DNA from: Styela clava
Lineage: Eukaryota
Reading direction: 5' to 3'
Length of the DNA stretch: 64,000 bases
Assembly: GCF_964204865.1 (NCBI RefSeq)
Contig: NC_135257.1
Location: forward strand, 23,126,001 to 23,190,000
The notes below the pieces were generated by a model. That model was not told the origin of the DNA and searched no databases. It was given only the letters and a program-made list of their open reading frames with translations. Below are positions 53,601 through 64,000 of the stretch, one piece after another; positions within the stretch are counted from its first letter, which is position 1, and each line of letters opens with the position of its first letter. Position numbers and translations under genes: made by a program.

Positions 53601-56299
53601 TTACTTGAGAAGTAATATTCCAAAGGGAAGGTTGTGGGCTTCAATATGGACAGGAATTAAGATTGATCCAATGGTTAGTATCATATAGTTATGCCAATTA
53701 TTCTCATCTGTAGGAATATAAAATATATTACGAGATGGGCAGAGTGTGAGGTGGTGAGACACGGTCAAAAATGTTTGAGACATCTTGGGTTATTTTATTA
53801 TCTACGACAGCGCAGGCGGTATATCGAATACATTTTTTAGGTTTTATCTGTTTCTGAATCCGAGTAAATTTACTCAGAAGTTTTTGATTGTCTTGGCGTT
53901 AATGTTATCCGATATTTAAAAATTATACCAATATTTATTCCACTTCAAGTTTACAACTTGGGCCTCAAACACAGCGCTGTAATGAAGCTTTGGAAATGGT
54001 AAATGAGCAAGCAAAAAAAAATATTGCTATATCTTAAATGATTTGCAATGCCACCAGTCTTACCACCAATACTTTATGAGTATCCCATTCATTTATGTCG
54101 GTGTCCCACCATAAATTAAATTTTAGATACAAGTATATGAAGAAAAAGGAGAGAAAAAACATTTGAAAGGTAAAAATCATAAAGACTAAGGTTAGCTCTG
54201 ACGTAATCAAGTTGCTATGACACGGTTAAAGTTCTATGTAAAATACAAATGTGCTGCCCCATCCCATTCGCATGGACACGCCTGTGTTTTACCACAAGTC
54301 TAAACTATTGAATCGCGCTGCTTGGCCCTGTTTCTCTATGAAGTTGACATGATCTTTACATTCGCTTTGTATAACTTGCGGCTTCATCGTACATTGGAAG
54401 TTATTTCCAGTTGTTCCGCAACAACCTATTCATCTAATTCTATCAGAAGACACGTGTAGCACTCACTATCTCAGTGCGGGACAATTTGATTGCGGCCATT
54501 TACGCATTTATGCTTCCAAACTTTCTTCGTGTTGCATCTGGTTTTGGCCTGCTTTTCGTCTATTTTAGTACCGAGTTCTCCGCATATGGATGTATATGCG
54601 ACACTTTCTGGATATTCAAATACAATTAAATTCAAGTTGGGAATTTAGAGCCTGATGTGGATCTCGTTCTTGAGAAAGTTTGGTTGTTCATGCGATTACG
54701 CAATATATATATGTGAAAACAATTGTTTTTTCCGGTTTCATTACATTTTAACCCACGCACATTTGAACCCGTAATATGAACCCACGACAATTGCACCTGA
54801 CACCCATGAATTCTAGTCTATAGGTTTTAGCACCCTCATATAGATTGAACCCGCGGATATACGGGTGCAAATGTATGTGGGTTCAAATGTACGGTCACCC
54901 TTTTCGACTGATATCATAATAAAAACGCAATAACTTCCACGGGAAACATTTCACCTAAGTCTTCGGTTGAGAGCGAAGCACACTTTGGTTGGTACTATCG
55001 TAGGGTGCGTACCAGGTTGGGGTTAGGCAATAATTTTTCTGATTTACCTTATTTTTCTGATTTACCTTATTTGCGTTCTATCACGAGTTCGGGTACTGTT
55101 TGTGTTATCCAGATTCCCTGCCCATAGGTTTCAGTCCTTTCACAAAACTTGATGTAAAGTAGGCGAACAGAATTAGTTACCTACATATTGGTAGACACAT
55201 TTCTGGAGCTCCCTTTAGTTCCATTTAGATGCCACGCAATGATATTGAGATCGCCACGCAAAATACTTACGGCGATATAATATGGCCAAATACTAGTGAA
55301 TGGGGAAGCGATTCCGAAAAGCCATCTTGGTTAATGTTGTGTGGTCGTTATTGTTCGCTTTTAACTGATACGTTGGCCATATTGTTAATCCACGACATTT
55401 GCAAATTGAAAAAAATAACCAAACTTGGAACCGTATGGTGGGCTGGGATATATTAGCGTTTGATACATCATGAAAAACGAATCAAGATCGGGAGAATATG
55501 CAAGAAAAATCGACGTAAATGGTCAAATCCCATAAGGAAATGCATTACGCATCTCAGAAAAGTTGGAAGTCTATCGACTAAACAAGCGAGTCTTCATTTT
55601 GGTCCCGCGGAAATGAGAAAGAATCCCATTCTTTATTTATATATCTCTGTGGTTGCACTGAACTGCTTCAAGTTTAATCTAACAGTAATTGTGCAATATT
55701 ATAGTTTTGGAAAAGCCTTCGCCCAGAGCATGAACATGAAGTACTACATGGAAAGGCAAGAGAGATTAGAAATATTTGCATTTACTTTTGACTAAGCATA
55801 GATCAAGAATATATATATCACAGTCGCTTCACATAATCATCAGAAGACTCGTCTTGCACTGAACTGCGTAGAGTCATAAAGGAATTGTGCAGTGCAATAG
55901 TTTTAGACAAATCTTTACCAAGTGTATGAACATGAAGTTTTAAATATTATCATATGAGAGACTAGAAATACTTGCATTTACATTCGACCAAGCATGGATC
56001 AATAATAATATATCGTATTTTGATGAAAAATTTCATGAAAAACATCATTCATGACTATAAATGCGTGATCATGCTCGATTCAGTGATAAACGCCATCTGA
56101 TTTTCTTTAGACTGGTGACGTCACACCTGCATATTCATTCACTAAATGGTATCCAGATTATCCACGCACGGGAATTGAATATAAAGATCGCACAAATGTT
56201 TATCTTCATGTTGATTTATACCAGTATCGTCGTCAAGGGATGGGGAATGGTGATCCTACCTTTGGGCTCCGTGGAGTTATTTGTGAGATCCTGATATAA
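50647..56299 (+). CDS. Copy E: intact secreted coiled-coil/C-type lectin-like protein (~380 aa)
   Basis: Exons 50647-50908, 51568-51660, 51813-51998, 52419-52481, 53028-53144, 53441-53673, 56111-56299 (TAA). All introns are GT-AG and the spliced sum of 1143 nt is open. AATAAA at 56339-56344. Confidence 0.9.
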
Positions 56300-58587
56300 T
56301 GAAATGTCTGTCTGGTTGTATTTTGTTCCTTTATTATCAATAAAATATAAATCTGTGAATTCTTATTGAAATTTATACGATTAGCCTTACGCTGATCCAT
56401 TTCGTTATCACAGCTATAATAAGGTAAATTAAATTATGATCATTTTTAAACTGTTAATATTAAATTCATCTAAGCGTAAAGATGATTCCTACTTTTTGAA
56501 ATTTTCCAACAATTTATTCAATATCATATTTTATCGGGGGATTTTTATAGGGTTAATTCAAAAAAAATGTTTCTTTTTGTTGATCTTACTATACTGAGTG
56601 GACAAAGGCCTAATTTGAGTAAAGTTTGAAGATTTATTTGCGTGATTTTGGAATTTGAGAAATTTTTAATCATAATAAAATCAGCTTATGTGCAAAATCT
56701 TTGTTTTTTCTGCTTATGTTCCTCAGAGGAATCATGTTGATCACGAAATAGGTTTGTGAAATTAGGATAATTTATTTCGTGAGAACACAAGGACTGGAAT
56801 TAATTGAATGAGCAAAAAGATGAAAACGTTTACCGAATTGTTTGAACAATGAGTGCTCACTTAAGAGGTTGAAACTTGCTAAGTGGGTTGCTTGATGCGT
56901 TAATTACGTTAAAAAGCGTCCCTTTGCTGAATACATAAAATATTTCGATCGTGGTGTCAGATCGTCTATACATGTTAATTTGAAACCCGTCGCCAGTTTT
57001 ACTACTTGACAAATGGTTACCAAAAGTTCTACTGGCCCGAAAACGAAACTCAGTCGCATTCTAAACGCCGTTTTATTCACTTAGACAGGGCTAGATTCTA
57101 TTATTTAAATGTTGATGAAAATACCGAGAAAATTGAATATCGGCTGTGCAAAACATCGCAAACAATGAATGAATGAGTATAGTATGATTTGTATCTTTAG
57201 TTTCCGGTAGTCCTTAGTTCTTCAATGACTGTGACAATCACCAATACCCGACAATATGTTTGGATACAGGGCAGGATATAGATATTCAGAAATTTAACTC
57301 ACTTTGAATGTGAAATTGGTAAATTATACGATAGGAAAGCAGATATCTTCAAAAAATAAATCGTGAAAATAGCGGATTGAAATAATTCCATGATACATCG
57401 CCTCATAAACACCCTTCTATCGCGCTTGTGAACAACCTGTGTTTGTGGGGGATACTTATGTGCAAGGGTTTCAAGAATGTGGAACGATGACCTCATACTC
57501 ACATACTGAGACAAACTATCGCAAACTTTGGGTAATTTTACGCTTATCTTTTAAAGAATTTGTTATAAATTTATGAACTAATTGTGTTTATTTTTCAATT
57601 ACTTAATTACTATTGGATTCACCTAACTTTACTGTAGATTTTGATAGCATATGTCAACTTATATTTTAAATTTATTGCGATTTTTTTAAAAATAGAATAT
57701 TGCGATAAACTTAAATTAATTCGGCGATGTCATTGTTTATCCCATCACGCGACATCGCTAATCCGATTAAGATCTGAAACTGTCATGACGTAATAAGCGT
57801 CTGCTTCCATAAATATACGACCGCGGTAAATTTTTAGGCATAAAAGCGACGCTATAGAAACTATATTATCAGTATATTTTAATATCGACTTTATGGAGCT
57901 AACTTACTGGTTTGTAAAATAGTTCGCAAGAATCTGAGTTTGAAAAGGAAAAACTTTATATTGATACCGACTTATTCCTTATGCGCTGAGAAGTCTTGAT
58001 ACCGTTAAATTCTCTATAATCATTTTTAAACTTATCAAACGCAACGTCACCCGAGGGTACTAGAAGACAAAAATATAGGTTCGCTATAAATAATATCAGA
58101 ATTGCCACATTCGGGAAAATTCATGTAATAACAAAGTGTAGCGAATATTTTAAAAAGTATGGGTACAATAAACAAAGTTCGTCATTTTTGAATGGGCTAT
58201 ATCCACGTAAGGGATATGCCGTAATGAAAACGCAAAGCCACTTCTGATAAGGCTACTTAGTGTCTGAATAGGATATGCCACTTCCTTAAAAACACTAAGC
58301 CATTACTGAAAAGGGAGTTGCTACGTTTTTTCAGAAGTATCCTTTTCTCAAATCGACTGCGTTCTATTTCTAAAATAAACGCTTTTTGGAAAATGCCCAT
58401 AGTCCTAATACGTGGAAAACTAGATATTATTAAACGCAACGCCGCTTGATTGTTAGGCAACCGAGAGCACTTTGGTGCGTAAGCTCAATCAGTGTCGAAA
58501 ACGATTGTTTCCCGGGAAACTGTGGAACCGATCCGGACGAAACTTGTCATTTAGATCGGGGACAGTGTCCACATGATCGGGTTAGAC

Positions 58588-59898
58588 GAATTGGTTCCCA
58601 ACCGCCGGTCCGCGGACCGGAACCGCGGACCGGAGAAAATTTCGGTGTTTTGTTGTTTTTATGCCGTCTAAATCGCTTTACCGAGGACGAGGTTGCGTTG
58701 GTTTATTACGCAATTTATCTTCCGCCGTCATATTGCGACATCTTGGCGCCGAGTAATTATACTTTTCGCTTTTTCGGCTCCGATTCATCTCGAATGCGCT
58801 CCGATCTCTTTACCGAAGACGAGGTTGCTTTATTACGCAATTTCTCTTCCGCCGTCATATTGCGACGTCTTTCGCGACATCTTGGCGCCAAGGAATCACA
58901 CTTTTTGCTTTTTCGGCTACGATTCATCGTGAATGCGCTCCATCAAATCACGCAAGATTCAGAAACCTAAAAATTGGCATGCATGCTTTTTCTTTTCCTG
59001 ATTAATATGACCATCCAAATAAAACGTTATGCATATTTCTTTTTTCAAACCAAAAAACAGTCAAGAAAAGTATAATACTCCAGTAAAATATGGCAGGTGG
59101 TCACGACGAGCGCAAAAAAGCATGGGCCGCTGAGATCTTTCCCAGTATCTTGAGCAGACAAAGTAGGATTTTGAGCCTAGTGCCAAATTACCGACGACTT
59201 TGTCATTGTAATGTTAATTCATCCTGTTTGAATCATCGATCAACTGCAGAGGGATTAATATGATGAACCCAATGAAAAAGCTTGATTCAAATTGTGATTC
59301 TACTTTACAGTAGTCACAATTTTGGATATCTCTTGATAACGAATACTCATCGCTAAGTAATCGAGCAATCAAACTGTTGTCCGTATTTTCAACGAGTTGC
59401 TTATATTTTTATTACTTATATATAAAAATATTTTCATCTGTTGCTTTAATTAAAGCGAAGCAAGGAAATTGGCTGCACGCCGCTGCAGGGCTACGTGTTG
59501 CAGAAACTTCTTTGAGGCATCGCTTGCAATATTATATTGGAAACTAAACAGCAGCAAAATTTTCACTGGAGTTAATTGCGTTTGTACATGATTTGGCATG
59601 TACATGTTTTTTTATGTGAGATGTTTTATGTGTGCCTTTCTTACGCATAATGGGTACCCAGCACTGCCTTTCATTACGCAAATATTTTTGGTCGGCACAT
59701 TATTCGATAGTTTTTCTTCGTGTGAGCTGTTTTTGAGTGTGCCTTTTTTGTCTAGATGCATATTGAGTGCCCGACATTGCATTGTATTACGCAAATATAT
59801 GTTATTCTTTTATGTTCCGGTCATTTCAATTTTTTGCCGGTCCGCGAGTACATTTAATTTAGTTTTACCGGTCCGCCAGGGTAGAAAGGTAAGCACTG
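58588..59898. mobile_element. Degraded hAT/Charlie-type non-autonomous element
   Basis: GGTTCCCAACC...CCGGTCCGCGGACCGG at the left end, CCGGTCCGC...CACTG at the right end, imperfect TSD GGTTAGAC/GGTTAGCG. It interrupts a repeat that is contiguous at ~34620-34800 and contains an internal ~130-bp direct duplication. Confidence 0.6.
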
Positions 59899-61703
59899 GG
59901 TTAGCGTAAGTGGCCAAAAAAGACACGCTCGAGTAATTTCGGCGTTTAACGGTTGTTTAGCTTGGTTTCCGGGGCGGAAAAGCGTTTGTCCGAGTAATAG
60001 AATTTGTTTCAAGTAGTATTGAGGGTGAGAGTGAAGTCTCCGCCCCCTAAGTGGTGAGAAACACGTGGGAAGCCACGTCCATTTGGGTACTATTGATTTT
60101 GAACGATTCTGAGCTCTTGGAATGGGATATTGGACAAAGCGATGTTCGATTGTTGAAGAGAATATTTAATCGAATATTTTATCACCGGGAACTTGGTAAT
60201 TCCCCCTCCCCGTAACGCTCTAGTGACTTCGGAACGTTGTGCATATCAGATTGAAGCTATCAAGAAACAGAGTAGATAGGAATAGTTTGAAAAATTAGTT
60301 AAATGCCCTTTTCAAAATTTTGTTTTTCTCCTACTCCCTAGTCACGGTCCAGTGACTTTGGCATATTGCAGGATTTTGAGAGGCCATATCAAAAATCTAA
60401 GGACACGGGCACGGGTGGAAAAATTATTTAAATAAATTTTAAGCTGAATTTTTTCCTCCATGTCCCCCAGTCACGCTCCAATGGTTTTGACTTATTGAAG
60501 GCTTCCGAAAGGTCGTATCGAAAATCTAAAGACATGGGCATGACTTGAAAAATTATCTGAATCATTTATAAGTAGAATTTGATTTCTCACACGTCCCAAT
60601 GATTTTGGCCTGTTGAGGGTCTCTGAGAGATTTTGGAATCTGAAGAGATGAATATGACTGCAAATATTGTTTGAACAATTTGTAAACAGAGTTTTGTTAC
60701 TCCCCAGTCACGCTCCACTGATTTTATATTATATCTCGAGAACGGTAATAGGTAGAGATGCCATATTTGGGAGATACAAGGTAATTGAGGTCAAGTTTCG
60801 TCACTGATGAGTGATCACAGACACCAAAAATGATAAAATTCGACTTCAATTAGTGGTGACCGGTTTATAATGTGTTATTGGAACAAATCAACGGTCAAAA
60901 GAATTTGGGGGTAGCACGCTGGACGACTTTATGTCATTCGTCAGGCGCAACGACCTTCGTTTTTTTTTTCATCGCACACCGAAGGAACGTCCGCTTTTTA
61001 CCTTGTCCGGAACTTTTTTTACAATTCCCCTCGCAGGTAGCAACAAAGGAGCGACCTCCCCTCGATGGCTCTAGGAGACAGAAATATAGGCTGATAGATT
61101 ATGCCAACGTCCAATATGGAAATACTCAATTCCAATATGGAAATTTCGGACAATAACAAAAAATTTTGTATACAAGGGGAGAAAAGATAGAAGGAGGCAA
61201 ACACTTAACAATGTGCTTTTTATGCCAGTTAAAGAAAGCTACGCCTTATCTATTGATGCTCATTGCTACTATAAGGATATGATGTTATAAAAATGTTATG
61301 TCCTTTTTAATATTGCCATATTGCGTGTGGATAAGCTATGTCATCTTTAAAAAGTCTAAGCCGATTCTGAGTAAGATCATTTTTAAGATTTTCTACGCAT
61401 CTTTTAGAAAAATATGCCTTTGCTCTAATCGACCACGTTTATTAGTATTGAACGCCTTTACAAAACGCTCATGTCTATTATGAATTTTCAATGTCGTTTT
61501 TAAATGATCTTTTCTCATTCTATAAATGCTAGTATGCTACGCTCCTTCTGAATTTTTACTGACTCGGCTACAAATAGCGTTGTCTGATGTATGTAATTTT
61601 CGAAACAAATCAAACTTGCTCTGCGCACGTTTGACATAACTTTTTAATTCTAATTAGAACTTTTCTTCATTCAGTTAATACTTAACTACACTGAAATCGA
61701 GAG

Positions 61704-64000
61704 ATGAAAATCTCAATCGTTTTCATCTTAATTTACGTCTTCGCTTCATCCTGGAGTCGAGATGAAACAGTGTTCCACTGCTCTCCCAAGCCGGGTTGCC
61801 AGATTGCACAATGTGATCCGGTTACTGTAAGATGGGACAGACCAGGTTTCAACATTGAAGAACATCTGCATGACAAAGAGTTTCCGCTTACGTACAAATC
61901 CAAGCATGCGCTACAGTCTCAAAATACTGCTGACTTGTTTCCTTTAGTATCCAGGAATATTTTAGGCGAGTATGATAGTTGTTGAAGAACCTCGTTCGAT
62001 TAGATATAAAAACTTATGAAAACATTGGAAAAGATACCGTTTACAATTTTTATTTTAGGTTATATATTGAAAATATTTATTTTTGTATTTGGTAGATCTG
62101 AATCCATAGACATATAGAAGAGCATAGAACAGGGTGGTCCAAACCCAAGCCCGCGGGCCACATGTGGCCCACCGCTTCATTATCTGTGGTCCGCGTCACA
62201 TTCGGAGAGTAATCCAAAAATAGCATTTCGTGTTGTTTTGTAATAAAATTAATCAGAAAAATCTTTCTACATATTGTTAAATCATTTATGTCAATGAATT
62301 GACTAGTGTTATGGCTAGTTGAGGCAACTAGCGAAGTTGAATGATGTGATTGGCACTCTAAACTATTATCTGGCTTCCTATCTTTTTGGTCGGGAATATA
62401 TGCTAACAATAGAAAACTAAAAATCTAATACGGATTCTATTAGCCTTGGATGGCTATGTCTGATAACTATGTGTTTGCATTCTAAACGTGTTTGTTTTGT
62501 ATTGCACTGTTTACCTATTCTCGACACTATTGTGGCCCGCGAGCAAAGCAAAAATAATTTTGTGGCCCGTGGAGCTGACACCCTTGGCCATAGAGTACAG
62601 AATTAACCCCCCCCTGGTCCATAGATCGAGTGCAGAATCAAATCTCTGCATTTGGACATGGCGTCAAAGTGTTCTCATTTACCAACGATTTTATTTGTAA
62701 TCTGATAAAATGATTTAAATTTATATTAATGGGTTTTCTATCTTCATCCAGATATTGGAAATATCAGATCAGATTTAAGGAAACTGGAAGAAAACTTCGA
62801 AAATAAAATGGAAAAAATTGATGGTTCTGGAAATGACGGTTAGAATTCTTCATCCAATTAATTTTCATTGAAAATAGCTAGAAATATGTTCACAAATACT
62901 CAAATGTATGTAAAGTTTCTTTAAAAAGGTTTGTGGTCCTAAAGAAAATTGAACTGAAATTCAAGATGTTTCTGTTATAAATAAAACATAAAACAAAAAC
63001 AGAATTTATTTTTCAACGGAAAGTGGCAGCAAGTCTAAAGAGCAATCAGCAAAGATTAACAAACTTGAAAGGAATGTTGAACAGCAATCTGGCGAAATAA
63101 AGAAAATGAAGAAAGGTTGGTTATATATTCGTCTACAGATAAGAGTGTATTAGCTGAACCATTGAAAACAAATCGAATTCAAAGGGGAATTATTCAAATC
63201 GTGTCTATTAGAAATGTTTAACGGATATAGTTCACGCTTTCGTTGAACCTATTAAACGCGAAGTATCAGTGGCGACCCCTCTAACATTGACAATCGTGAT
63301 TGTGAGACTCAATTGGCAGCTGAAATCGGAGAGTGAGGTACAAAACGCAACAAAAACTGCGCAACATTCTATTGAGATCAAAGATTTGAAAAAAGGTTGT
63401 TGCACATTTCTGACTGGTGAAGTTGTTTTTAGTCTCCTTTCTAGTATTTGAACCCCATAAAGCCAAAGGTTTTATTGCGTCAAAATTATTAATTTAGCAA
63501 AGTCAGAATCTAATATGTTTCGAATATGTTGGGTCACGAATGCAGTTCTCTGAGAGTTGGATTTTGCAGTCGTGGAAAATCATTCAATATCTCACTCGAC
63601 TCAGAAGTGCTCTGAACTCGAATATCCATGTATTTATAAAAAGCTACACTGACTGACTCAATATAATATTTCATTTCTTAGATTTGGTTGAAGTTCAACA
63701 GACGAATAAAATTTTGGTGGAAGAATTGTTTGAACAAAAGAAAACAAGCGACGAAATGAAGAAAGGTAAATTAAGTAAATTAATCGATGAGGATATGATT
63801 CATTAAAGCTAACAATCATGATGGGTAACTACTATCACAAAAACGTTTTTAGGCTGGTGTTTCTCGAACAATATACGGAACAAAGAATATTAAATATTGT
63901 ATTCTGAATATCTAATTGTTATTTCTTCATTAGATTTGCTTCAAGTTCAACAAACAAATATAAATTTGATAAAAGAATTGGATCGCAAGAAGGAAACGAA
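61704..64000 (+). CDS. Copy F: 5' part of a coiled-coil/CTLD family gene (B-like; runs off the window; possibly impaired)
   Basis: Exons 61704-61965 (open, GC donor, fourth Cys replaced by Tyr), 62752-62838, 63020-63115 (acceptor CAG to CGG), 63682-63765, and 63934 to the window end. Confidence 0.75.
62130..62615. mobile_element. hAT/Charlie-type MITE in intron 1 of copy F
   Basis: CAGGGTGGTCC...GCCCGCGGGCC start and GTGGCCCG...CCCCTG end. Absent at the orthologous site of copy B (~7318). The TSD is not clean. Confidence 0.7.

Larger units (their letters stand above)
52154..64000 (+). repeat. Segmental duplication of window 1-~8700 (E/F pair vs A/B pair)
   Basis: 1-5296 aligns to 52154-57515 (initial offset 52153) and ~5670-8700 aligns to ~60467-64000. 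The intervening blocks differ. Confidence 0.95.

Noticed and set aside
3965-56299. Diversity-generating retroelement acting on a C-type lectin fold
   Set aside because: No reverse transcriptase or template repeat in the window. The differences are not adenine-specific and include indels.

Overview
AT-rich eukaryotic genomic DNA with short spliceosomal introns. It looks like a marine invertebrate, possibly an ascidian, but that is an impression only. The window holds a + strand tandem array of six copies (A-F) of a multi-exon gene for a secreted protein: signal peptide, 4-Cys N-terminal domain, modular coiled-coil neck built from symmetric phase-1 exons, Pro/Thr linker, and an atypical C-type lectin-like domain (CTLD). 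C (25840-29721) and E (50647-56299) are complete and intact. A is 5'-truncated by the window edge and F is 3'-truncated. B and D are pseudogenes. The most striking signal: A and E lie in a ~52-kb-offset segmental duplication. Their introns are near-identical and their neck/linker exons are identical, yet their CTLD exons differ by 26 amino-acid substitutions plus 2 codon indels against only 2 silent codon changes, mostly clustered in four or five segments. Together with mosaic paralogs and alternating intact/pseudogene copies, this looks like a rapidly diversifying lectin-type recognition repertoire. Also present: a decayed Greatwall/MASTL kinase relic (- strand), a full-length hAT transposon with TIRs and an 8-bp TSD, several Charlie-type hAT MITEs, two tRNA-derived SINEs, a 33-bp minisatellite, and two foldback-like structures with inverted 67-bp satellite arms. 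Most short ORFs in the supplied track are spurious or are exon read-throughs. All alignments were done by eye.
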